Source of the DNA: Nemertoderma westbladi
Lineage: Eukaryota; Animalia; Xenacoelomorpha
Assembly: GCA_032718475.1 (NCBI GenBank)
Contig: JAUCBJ010000102.1
Span: 1-47,116, forward strand
Direction of reading: 5' to 3'
DNA: 47,116 nucleotides
How positions within the stretch are numbered: position 1 is the first letter of the stretch; each line of letters starts with the position of its first letter. Positions 21,301 to 32,927 of the stretch are shown in pieces. Below the pieces are notes generated by a model that saw nothing but the letters and a program-made list of their open reading frames with translations, had not been told where the DNA came from and did no database searches. A program made the translations under genes and the position numbers.

Positions 21301-23672
21301 TACTACTACTACTACTACTACTAGGTCGAGCGAACTCGGACAGTGGAAATGAGATCCTTCCAGGCTTCCCGATTCTCCATAGTTGTCGCAATTTCGTTTC
21401 TCCCAAGTTCAGTATCCCTTTCAAGTTGATCTATATATGTTATGGCAGGTCGTCTACGACTACGCTTTCCATGAGTTGGTTGCCAGAGAAGTAGATCTGG
21501 TATGACCTCGTCTTTACTTCGCCAGCAGTGCCCACTGAATCTTAATCTGCGTTCACGGAGGGTGGTTGATACAGGTGGTATTGTACCATAAAGCTCGGCG
21601 TTTGTCATGTGTTGTCTCCAGCTGATGTTTAGGGCTGCCCTTAGTAGTCTTGTGTAGCAACCATCAATTCGTTGTTCAAGTGATTTAGTCAGTGTCCAGG
21701 TCTCACCCCCGTATAAAAATACACTTTCCACTGTGGCTCGGAAGAACTTGGTCTTCAGGTGCCTGGAGAGATCTGATTTCCAGATGGTATCCATTTTTGA
21801 TAGAGCTACCCAAGCCTTTGCTTTCCTAACTTCTATGTCCTTTTTGCTACTCTCTATCCATGATCCAAAGTACTGGAAGTCATCGACCTTCCTTAGTTGA
21901 TTATTACCAATGGTTGTCAAGTTCCCATCAACATTAAAGGTCATGAATTCGGTCTTGGTAGCATTTATATGCAATCCAACCTCCTTAGCAGCCCTCTCCA
22001 CTTTATTTAGTAGAAGCTGTGCATCTGCTAGCGTATTAGAGAGCAGGGCGATGTCATCCGCAAAGTCGGTGTCTGTGACTGTAGTTGCCGGTTATCTACT
22101 ACTTCTGCTTTCTTGAAGTGTGAATCCCAGATCTTCACCCTTTGTGGCCGTCCTCATTGCGTAATCCAGCACAATTACAAATAGTAATGGTGCTAATGTG
22201 TCACCTTGCAGTACGCCAGCCAGGATTGAGAAAAACTCAGTTTCACCATCTGGTGAGAGTACCTGCGCTTCTGTGTCACAATATAATAATCCAATGCCAG
22301 CAACAATTACTTCTGGTATTCCATAAGCTCTTAGGATTTCAAGCATTTTACCTCTATGGATGGAGTCGAATGCCTTCTTGAAGTCCACAAAAGTCATGAC
22401 TGCCAGGAGATTCTTTGACTTAATTCCTTCAATCAGTCTCCGTAGTGCAAGTATCTGAGCTATTGTTGATCTACTTGGTCGAAATCCGTTTTGGCTCTTA
22501 CGCAGTAGTTTCTCTATGTGAGGCCTAATCCTATATAGAATCATTTTATTGTATATTTTGGCAGCTACCACAAGCAGACAGATCCCACGATAGTTTGTTG
22601 TTATGCCGAGGTCTCCTTTCTTGGGGAGAGGCTTTAGTTGACCTTTAGTCCAAATTGGTGGTGGCTTTTCCCCTTTTAACATCCGGTTGCAAACATTCAA
22701 TAATGGTCTATTTAGCACTCCGGTTTTCCATACCTCCGCTGGGATTTCATCTAATCCACTCGCTTTATTATTGGACATGCTTTTAATGCTTCTTTGGAGT
22801 TCGGCAGGTGTGAAGTCCCCTGTTTCAATAGGTAGTGTCTTGTCATATATTTTCCTTGTAGGGCTGACCTCGATGTTTGGTGGCTGCCCAAGCAAGTTGC
22901 TGAAGTGATTTTTCCACTTCCCAACACGTTCTTCAGGACTATCGGCTTTAAGGCGCCCCTTTGCACAACTTTTCCGACCAGATACCTCATTTACAGTTTG
23001 CCAGGTAAGTCTTGATTGTTGCTGTATGTGAGCAGTTGTAATTGCTTCAGTTTTATCCTGTATGTACTTTTCCTGGCTGATGTTGTAGGCCAATTTAAGA
23101 TCGTCCTTAGCTTTCTCAACCTTGTTAATGTTTTCGGTTGTTCGGTTTTAACTTTGTAGGCTATCTTAAGATCTTCTCTCTTACAAGTAACCTCAGAGTT
23201 TTGCCATGGCACATACTGTTTTCGTTTAGGTTTCTGGGGGATATGCCTCTTAGCTGATTCCTTGTGGGCTGTTATTATATTCTGGTATATTGAATCGGTG
23301 GATTGGTCTTCATCCATTGACTGAAGTGCTTCAAAGCAGTTTTGAACTTCTACTGTATAAGCATCCTTTACAGCATTGTCAGTTCTGAGTTTCTCCCAGT
23401 CATAGTTGATTTTCTTGCTTGTCCTGGGTTTGCTGGCTCTCAAACTGAGTCTGATCTCTGCAGTCACAATTCTGTGGTCCGAACCAATTAGGTTGAACGA
23501 GCTGTATGCCTCGCAGTTGATCATGCTATTTCTCCACTTTTTGTTTATAAGGATGTAATCCAGTTGTGCTTTGGTTCCATTAGGGTATTGAAAGGTCCAT
23601 AGCTTCCCCTTACTCTTTTCGAATGTGTTGTTTGTTGGTATCAATTCACATTCTTCCATTAGGTCTAAGAGT
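21301..23672 (-). mobile_element. 5'-truncated RTE-clade non-LTR retrotransposon (partial APE endonuclease plus RT), degraded
   Basis: WTFQYPNG..QLDYIL..SDHRIV, NYRGICL, QNGFR, FVDFKKAFDSI, GVLQGDTLAP, TDFADD (22059-22070). Frameshift at ~23125, stop at 22092. (TAG)n tail directly after the stop at 21321. Confidence 0.93.
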
Positions 23673-26600
23673 AAGATCTGAGCTTAAATCCCGGAGGCGA
23701 ACTTAGATCCTGGAAGCGAACTTAGAAACTAGATGTAAACGTAGATCCTGAAGGCGAACTCAGATCCTGGAAGCGAACTTAGATCCTGGAAGTGAACTTA
23801 GAACCAAGATCTGAACTTAGATCCTGGAAGCGAACTGAGATCCTAAAGTCGAACTTAGATCCTGGAAGTGAACTTAGAACCTGGAAGCGAATTTAGATCC
23901 TGGAAGCGAACTTAGATCCTGGAAACGAACTTAGATCCTGGAAGCGAACTTAGATCCTGGAAGCGAACTTAGATCCTGGAAGTGAACTTAGAACCAAGAT
24001 CTGAACTTAGATCCTGGAAGCGAACTTAGATCCTAAAGACGAACTTAGATCCTGGAAGCGAACTTAGATCCTGGAAGCGAACTTAGATCCTGGAAGCGAA
24101 CTTACATCCTGGAAGCGAACTTAGATGCTGGAAGCGAACTTAGATCCTGGAAGCGAACTTAGATCCTGGAGACGAACTTAGATCCTGGAAGCGAACTTAG
24201 ATCCTGGAGCCGAACTTAGATCCTGGAAGCGAACTTAGATCCTAAAGACGAACTTAGATCCTGGAAGCGAACTTAGATCCTGGAAGCGAACTTAGATCCT
24301 GGAAGCGAACTTAGATCCTGGAAGCGAACTTAGATCCTGGAAGCGAACTTACATTCTGGAAGCGAACTTAGATCTTGGAAGCGAACTTAGATCCTGGAAG
24401 CGAACTTAGATCCTGGAAGCGAACTTAGATCCTGGAAGCGAACTTAGATCCTGGAAGCGAACTTAGATCCTGGAAGTGAACTTAGAACCAATATCTGAAC
24501 TTAGATCCTGTAGGCAAACTTAGATGCTGGAAGCGATCTTAGATCCTGGAAGCGAACTTAGATCCTGGAAGCGAACTTAGATCCTGGAAGTGAACTTAGA
24601 TCCTGGAAGTGAAGTTAGAACCTAGATCTGAACTTAGATCCTGGAGACGAACTTAGATCCTGGAAGTGAACTTAGATCCTGGAAGCGAACTTAGATCCTG
24701 GAAGTGAACTTAGAAACTAGATGTAAACGTAGATCCTGAAGGCGAACTCAGATCCTGGAAGCGATCTTAGATCCTGGAAGTGAACTTAGAACCAAGATCT
24801 GAACTTAGATCCTGGAAGCGAACTGTGATCCTAAAGTCGAACTTAGATCCTTGATGTTAATTTAAACCCTGGAAGTGAACTTAGAACCTGGAAGCGAATT
24901 TAGATCCTGGAAGCGAACTTAGATCCTGGAAACGAACTTAGATCCTGGAAGCGAACTTAGATCCTGGAAGCGAACTTAGATCCTGGAAGTGAACTTAGAA
25001 CCTGGAAGCGAACTTAGATCCTGGAAGCGAACTTACATCCTGGAAGCGAACTTAGATGCTGGAAGCGAACTTAGATCCTGGAAGCGAACTTAGATCCTGG
25101 AAGCGAACTTAGATCCTAAAGACGAACTTGGATCCTGGAAGCGAACTTAGATCCTGGAAGCGAACTTAGATCCTGGAAGCGAACTTAGATCCTGGAAGCG
25201 AACTTACATTCTGGAAGCGAACTTAGATGCTGGAAGCGAACTTAGATCCTGGAAGCGAACTTAGATCCTGGAGCCGAACTTAGATCCTGCAAAGCGAACT
25301 TAGATCCTGGAAGCGAACTTACATCCTGGAAGCGAACTAAATCATGGAAGCGAACTTAGATCCTGGAAGCGAACTTAGATCCTGGAAGTGAACTTAGAAC
25401 CAAGATCTGAACTTAGATCCTGTAGGCGAACTTAGATGCTGGAAGCGATCTTAGATCCTGGAAGCGAACTTAGATCTTGGAAGTAAACTTAGAACCAATA
25501 TCTGAACTTAGATCCTGTAGGCGAACTTAGATCCTGGAAGCGAACTTACATCCTGGAAGCGAACTAAATCATGGAAGCGAACTTAGATCCTGGAAGCGAA
25601 CTTAGATCCTGGAAGTGAACTTAGAACCAAGATCTGAACTTAGATCCTGTAGGCGAACTTAGATGCTGGAAGCGAATTTAGATCCTGGAAGCGAACTTAG
25701 ATCCTGGAAACGAACTTAGATCCTGGAAGCGAACTTAGATCCTGGAAGCGAACTTAGATCCTGGAAGTGAACTTAGAACCTGGAAGCGAACTTAGATCCT
25801 GGAAGCGAACTTACATCCTGGAAGCGAACTTAGATGCTGGAAGCGAACTTAGATCCTGGAAGCGAACTTAGATCCTGGAAGCGAACTTAGATCCTAAAGA
25901 CGAACTTGGATCCTGGAAGCGAACTTAGATCCTGGAAGCGAACTTAGATCCTGGAAGCGAACTTAGATCCTGGAAGCGAACTTACATTCTGGAAGCGAAC
26001 TTAGATCCTGGAAGCGAACTTAGATCCTGGAAGCGAACTTAGATCCTAAAGACGAACTTAGATCCTGGAAGCGAACTTAGATCCTGGAAGCGAACTTAGA
26101 TCCTGGAAGCGAACTTACATCCTGGAAGCGAACTTAGATCCTGGAAGCGAACTTAGATCCTGGAAGAGAACTTAGATCCTGGAAGCGAACTTAGATCCTG
26201 GAAGCGAACTTAGATCCTGGAAGCGAACTTAGATCCTGGAAGCGAACTTAGATCTTGGAAGCGAACTTAGATCCTGGAAGCGAACTTAGATCCTGGAAGC
26301 GAACTTAGATCCTGGAAGCGAACTTAGATCTTGGAAGTAAACTTAGAACCAATATCTGAACTTAGATCCTGTAGGCGAACTTAGATGCTGGAAGCGAACT
26401 TAGATCCTGGAAGTGAACTTAGAACCAAGATCTGAACTTAGATCCTGTAGGCGAACTTAGATCCTGGAAGCGAACTTAGATGCTGGAAGCGAACTTAGAT
26501 CCTGGAAGCGAACTTAGATCCTGGAGCCGAACTTAGATCCTGGAAGCGAACTTAGATCCTGGAAGCGAACTTACATCCTGGAAGCGAACTTAGATGCTGG

Positions 26601-27416
26601 AAGCGAACTTAGAACCTGGAAGCGAACTTAGATCCTGGAAGCGAACTTAGATCCTGGAAGCGAACTTAGATCCTGGAAGTAAACTTAGAACCAATATCTG
26701 AACTTAGATCCTGTAGGCGAACTTAGATGCTGGAAGCGAACTTAGATGCTGGAAGCGAACTTAGATCTTGGAAGTAAACTTAGAACCAATATCTGAACTT
26801 AGATCCTGTAGGCGAACTTAGATCCTGGAAGCGAACTTAGATGCTGGAAGCGAACTTAGATCCTGGAAGCGAACTTAGATCCTGGAGCCGAACTTAGATC
26901 CTAGAAGCGAACTTAGATCCTGGAAGCGAACTTACATCCTGGAAGCGAACTTAGATGCTGGAAGTGAACTTAGAACCTGGAAGCGAACTTAGATCCTGGA
27001 AGCGAACTTAGATCCTGGAAGCGAACTTAGATCCTGGAAGTAAACTTAGAACCAATATCTGAACTTAGATCCTGTAGGCGAACTTAGATGCTGGAAGCGA
27101 ACTTAGATCCTGGAAGTGAACTTAGATCCTGGAAGCGAACTTAGAACCAAGATCTGAACTTAGATCCTGTAGGCGAACTTAGATCCTGTAAGCGAACTTA
27201 GATCCTGGAAGCGAACTTCGATCCTGGTATTGAACGAACCAAGATCTGAACTTAGATCCTGGAGGCGAACTTAGATCCTGGAAGCGAACTTAGATCCTGG
27301 AAGCGAACTTAGATCCTGGAAGCGAACTTAGATCTTGGAAGTAAACTTTGAACCAAGATCTGAACTTAGATCCTGGAGACGAACTTAGATCCTGGAAGTG
27401 AACTTAGATCCTGGAA
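23673..27416. repeat. 19-bp satellite GAACTTAGATCCTGGAAGC, left block
   Basis: Continuous tandem units with recurring variants (..AACCAAGATCT, ..CCTGTAGGC, ..CCTAAAGAC). Confidence 0.98.
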
Positions 27417-28067
27417 CCCTGCAAACAATTTAACGTTCATGTAACGTTATTCAACACTCATTTTCTAACAAATGAACGTTAGTATTCAACGTTGCATACT
27501 GTTGAATTATCGTTGGTTTGGCCGCAGTTCCAACGTTAAAAAATACTTTAAACCTAACTATAAACAATGACAAATGAGCGTTATTTTTTAACGTTGCATA
27601 CTGTTGAATTATCGTTGGTTTTGCTGCAGTATGAATGTTATTTTTCAACGTTGCATACTGTTGAATTATCGTTGGTTTGGCCGCAGTTCCAACTTTAAAA
27701 AATTTCTTAAACCTAACTAAACTGAAGGTTATTCGTAAAAAATGTCGTTGTTGATGGTACAGTATAATCCAAACTTAGTATTTTTACATTTGAAAGCACA
27801 TATTCTATCTTTTAATATCAATTAACCAAAATTGTAATATAGTAATCAAGTAAGTAATAATCAAACGAATGCTGAATTAAGTAGGCCTAATGTTAAAGTG
27901 TTTTTACTGTGTATTTACTTCAAGTCTTTACTTACTGTATATAGTAGGCCTGCTAGTGTACTTCTGTACATAAGATTACAGTGCGAGCTGCGAGCTACAG
28001 TATAATATAATTTGGCTATAAGAAAGGCACATTGAGTATGAAGTACTCAATCCTCGTCTTCTCTCTT

Positions 28068-29638
28068 CTACTCTTCCTCGTCTCCCTCCACACCATCATC
28101 GATTTCCACGGCAGCCATAGGAGGCATTGATAACCTCTCTTCCTCAACTCCAATGTCCTTGCCCTTCTCCTCTGCTTTTCTTGTTTTCTTTTCTTGTTTT
28201 CTTCCAGATAAACTGCAATAGAATAAATAAATATTATAAAATACCGGTGTCTGTAAATTTTTATACAATAAGAGATCGAGATTTGTCCCGAATTACATGA
28301 GTGTAGACAGAAAGACATACTAGATTCCGTCAAACATGAAAACTGACATCGGAAATGAAATCACCGACCCGGAAAACCCCCAAGGTAAAACTATTAGCCA
28401 ATTAGTGTGCTTTTGTTATGTTCTACAACCTAAAGTAGAAAAGATGGACAAACAGACAGTCGGACAGACCGACATAACATTTTAAGAAGTGAAGTTACGT
28501 TTCTGAAAATCTGGCAGCTGAAAAGGGGGTAAAATTTTGATCTAGAAATATTATGTGACCTTTCTACAGCAACCGCCACATATAATGTTAAATTAATAAA
28601 TTATTATAATAAAATTTCAGAAGTAGAAGTGATACAGAAAATTGACTTACTAGTTAACGCCTCCGTATCTATTAGGGGCCTGTCGGAAAAATACTGAAAT
28701 GGCCCCATCGGCAGCCGTTTCCGTAAAACGTCCATCTTTCAGCAGCGCACCTATGAACCAGTGAAATGAATAAAACAATTATCATGATAATCTTTTACGT
28801 TTGGTATCTTATCCTACACTGTATTTATAACTGAATGTTGGGAGGTGAGTCTTAGCATGTCGGACATTAGTGGACCGTCTGCGGTCGTCGTTGTAGTTGG
28901 TAATTTTTGACACTAATAAGTCAGTTAATCTTTGATGAAATGGAACGCAACCAGATACAGATATAGCCTATCAAAAATTAACACAGGTATGTATGCTACT
29001 ACACATTTATATAGTTCCTCATCAGTCGGTACACTAATGATACATGCTAAAGCTCACCTAGCATATTGCTGCGCGAAGGCCCCACCTTCACGAAACACGA
29101 GGTTGTAAATACACGTCTTTTCTGCAATTATTAATTTATTGTGGGGCGAGTCAAAAATGCGAGCCATCAGCGAACTGTTATAATTATACTATGGCCGTTT
29201 TTCAAAAGTCTCTGTGTGTGTGTGTGTGTGTCGGAAGCCAATATCCAATAATATTAATATATATAACTAGCCATAGTATAAGGATAATTGTTCGCTGAAA
29301 TGGCTTGCATTTTTGCTGCACGAAGGCCCCACAACGTGTTGTACTGTATTAAATACAGTTATATCTTTCTTTTTCAATTTTGCGCCTAGAACACAGTATA
29401 TAGGGCGCCTTATAAATATTTTTAATATTAATAATATTATAGGCCCTATAAGTAAAATGTTCTTACGTTTAAAACAGGCCAACAGACGTGGGCATGAATC
29501 CTCAAAGGATTCTTTGGTGCTCCGACGCCCAGTCTTCGAAAATCTTTGGGCCACAGTATTGGATAATAACGAGTTTCCTATATTTGTGGCGGCCTTAGTC
29601 ACGTCGGTAGCATACGTTCTATCGGATATTTCTGCTAT
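28068..29638 (-). CDS. Spliced accessory gene 3' exons (DUF4806-like): 29638-29467, 28750-28651, 28212-28068
   Basis: Canonical AG/GT sites with matching phases give ..LLSNTVAQRFSKTGRRSTKESF..FKRALLK..ISVFFRQAPNRYGGVNYLSGRKQEKK..DEEE*. The FS.TG..K..F and F.QAP.R.GG patterns resemble DUF4806. Confidence 0.7.
29135..29340 (-). mobile_element. HINE/Helentron-like short insertion in an intron
   Basis: ttgtgggg/ccccacaa subterminal inverted motif and (TG)n tract. Shares motifs with 9270-9500. Confidence 0.4.
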
Positions 29639-29870
29639 CTGAAAAATAAAAATAACGTGCCAGTTTAATAAATCTAACTAGAAGGCTGAAGAAGGTAAAA
29701 GAAAGTAAACATATAAATTTATTAGCGCTATGATTTAAAATATAACATTTAACCCAAGTACACCTGACCGGGTCAAAAGTGACCCGAAGGACTTTGTTTC
29801 CACGGATTGCGCCACTTGTAATAGGGGCTGGGGCTCCGAGCTTCTATGACTTTGTTTATATCCTTATTGC

Positions 29871-31019
29871 CTACAAACTAATTATATGAGTAAGGTACGA
29901 AGTTGCCTTATGGTGATCTGGCTGGGATAAACTCGCAAATAATTCATCTGTGCGTAGCGGTTGCGATAAATCTAAAAACACTTGAGTGCCATTTACTCTC
30001 TCGCCCTTTGTAACGCATTTCTCACATCCATAATAGCCAGAATGTGATTTAATACATTTCAGATAAGAGCGTGCGGGTGCATCACAAGCAAAAAATGCTA
30101 CGCGAATTGAATAACTTTGACCACAAAAAGTAAGTCCAGAACTATTCAAGGTAGTGACATCCTTAACAAAATCAGATAAGAAATCATCCAAACTTTCCGG
30201 TTTGGAATTACCACAAAATATGCCGACTGGTTTGCAACAGGAATCTACAATGTTCAAAATTTTGACTAAAATGGGCCAAAATTGTTGTTGACTTGAGTGA
30301 AAGAGCGGAATTCCGTCAATCCCAAAAACTAGCTCAAGTTCTTTTAAACTAGAATCCACGTCAGATACTTGACATATGGAAAGAACCGCATTTCGCAATC
30401 CAAAATGATAATATTTACCACTTCCAATGGTTTTATGGGGTATAAGTTCGGTGGGTGTTCCTAATAATGTTCGACAATCTAAGGGCAAATTGAATTGAGG
30501 ACAATGAGAACGAAAGATTTTAAGAAGTTTGTTTACAGAAGCTTGAGGTATATGTTCAACAATTGCCCACTGTGTGACATCCGATTTAAATGAAGCAGTT
30601 GGGGGTTCAAAATTATCAGTTAAACAAATATCAGAAGGGCACATGTCGGCATCGTAATCATATGAATCTGGCTCAATGTCACAAAATGCCTGCGCCTGAT
30701 CATCCCCAAAAAGAACTGAAAGATCGGATTCTGAATCACTATGATTTTGGGGTTGGATTTGATCACAATGTGAAATAAGATCATCATCAACAGTATCATG
30801 CTGATATTGAGAATGTTCACGTGGAGATTCCTGTATCGGCAACGCTAGACATAAGTTTGGATTAAAAATACCAGAATTCATCTTAGATTTATAAATCGCA
30901 GTTTGTGAATCAAAGGAATCAGAATCAGAATCAAATTCTAACGCCCGTAACTCCCTAGCCAATCTCCGACGCTTGCTTCTTTTGCTTGAGCCAGTGAATA
31001 CTGGCAATCTCCCATCCAT
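29871..31019 (-). CDS. CACTA/EnSpm-like transposase, C-terminally truncated (382 aa)
   Basis: LPLDCRTLLGT, FGIDGIPLF..FWPIL, GIFCGNSKP, CDAPARSYLKCIKSHSGYYGCEKC. The rest of the catalytic domain is missing. Confidence 0.88.
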   Translation of the reverse strand: MDGRLPVFTGSSKRSKRRRLARELRALEFDSDSDSFDSQTAIYKSKMNSGIFNPNLCLALPIQESPREHSQYQHDTVDDDLISHCDQIQPQNHSDSESDLSVLFGDDQAQAFCDIEPDSYDYDADMCPSDICLTDNFEPPTASFKSDVTQWAIVEHIPQASVNKLLKIFRSHCPQFNLPLDCRTLLGTPTELIPHKTIGSGKYYHFGLRNAVLSICQVSDVDSSLKELELVFGIDGIPLFHSSQQQFWPILVKILNIVDSCCKPVGIFCGNSKPESLDDFLSDFVKDVTTLNSSGLTFCGQSYSIRVAFFACDAPARSYLKCIKSHSGYYGCEKCVTKGERVNGTQVFLDLSQPLRTDELFASLSQPDHHKATSYLTHIISL

Positions 31020-32927
31020 TGTTTTGTTTATTTAAGTAGGCCCTACAACTAGCCTAATGTACCATAGTAAATTTATTAATGGACACCTACGGTCGGTACC
31101 GTACATAGATGGATTCGAATTAATCTAACCAAAACAATAAATGAGAGTCAATAGCATATGTTACTGTTTATTTTTGTTCTACCAACTTGTTCCCTTCAGC
31201 TGTTAGTACCTCTGAAAAATGAAAATAAACAAACAAGAAGCATTTTAGACCACCTGCAATGGTATGCGTAATTGTTTCTGCTAATGCTTTAATACTTTCA
31301 GTTTTCTGTCTGTCTGTCTTAGCAGGATAGGCGGATAGGCCTACCTGTTGTAGCATACTGACTGATGCATTTTACAATCACCCAAGATCAGAAAATAGGC
31401 CTGGTACGGTACCGGTATTTTTTTAAAAAATTTTATGTCCCAAATTTTCCGATCTTGTCCCACATTTCGTGCATTTCCCTTATCCCGAATTTCCCCAGTT
31501 TACCCTAGGCAGATTGGCCTATTCTGTATGGTACATTTCTGCATTTGAACTCTGGTCTATGCCTATCAGATAAAAAATTAATATTAGTATCATTAGAACC
31601 GGCTTAAAATTCTACTAAATTAAGTGCTTGTACAATAAATTGGGTGCTCCTATGAAATAGTTACAACAGTACCGGTACCGGTATCATAAATACCGTTAGG
31701 CCTAGTAAGAATAGGCTAATAACAAAACTGCCTCATTTCTAGCCAGTTGAAATCCAAACCAGCATCTGGCTGGTATTTCCATGAACTGGCTGGAAAAAAG
31801 TGTGATTTTATCTGGCTGGACAAAAACTTAATCTGGCTGACTGTACCTTACTGCCGTAGTACCGGTACTACTTCTGTCCTAGCTAAAAGTAGGCTATCCT
31901 TTAAAAAAAAAATGAGCAAAATTATGCCTGTCCGCTGTCCCCCCATTTTACTGGTAGCCTACCGCTACCCCATGTCGCCATGTCCCATTTTACCCAGTCT
32001 TACTGTCTTACGTAGGCAGACAGGACAGGCCTATCTGCATATCTAGGGTAAGACGGGGTAAAATGGGACCCCATGTCCCATTTTACTGTCTGAGCTCTGA
32101 CATGACATAGGCCTACCGCTGAGCTGAACCGTATGAGCGTGCAACTGTACTGGTCTGCCGGTAGCTTAGGCTTACTGCTGTACTGGTACTGGGTCCGGCT
32201 GTCCGGGAAGTGCAGAAGTCAGAAGTGCAAGGCCAACTGCCTGCCGTAGCTGCTAGCTGTGTAGCCCTCTCGCCTACTGCTGTACTGCGCTACTGGTGTA
32301 ATGGTGCCGGTGTATCGGTACAGCGGTACCGGTAGGTTACTTATGATCTGACTCAGGTCACAAACATTACCGGTACCAGAATGGTAACTAACATTACTGC
32401 ATTTATGCTTACTGCTAGTACTGGTACCGGTACTACGGTAGGCTTCCCTGACTGACAACTAAGCTAGGCCATCAGCGCAAAACCAGTACACAAACAGTAT
32501 TTCATTGCAGCTCAGTAAACTGTACTGCTGTGTATATAGGGTACCTGACACTGACATCCTGATGTTCCCGCCAAAATTATTAAACCAATCACAATTTAAG
32601 GAGTGCATGACATGTTTTCTGTGAATTTCCAACTTAAGTGTAACGTTCATCTATCGTTGAAATATTTAAAATTTTGATACGTTGTTTTCTAACTGAAAAT
32701 CAACGGCAATATAACGTTTGATTAGAGGAAGTTTGAAAGCGTTATTTTTCAACTAAACTATAACGCTAATTGAACGTTTGATTATAGTTGAGTTACTAAT
32801 TGTTGATTTCCAACAAAATTGTAACGGTCATTAACGTTTAATTATTGTTAGTTTTGTCATTATTGTTAGATTTTAACGAAACTGAGACACAATTTTAACG
32901 TTAGTTTTACGTTGACTGTTTGCAGGG

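Larger units (their letters stand above)
27417..32927 (-). mobile_element. CACTA/EnSpm (CMC) DNA transposon, internally deleted
   Basis: TIR CCCTGCAAACA...TGTTTGCAGGG, 2-bp AA target duplication, AACGTT-rich subterminal repeats at 27430-27720 and 32640-32915, and an internal transposase. Confidence 0.9.

Noticed and set aside
31430-32090. Complete nested MITE (gtcccattttacc and ctggctgg repeats)
   Set aside because: Subterminal-like motifs are present, but no matching pair of termini with a TSD could be defined.
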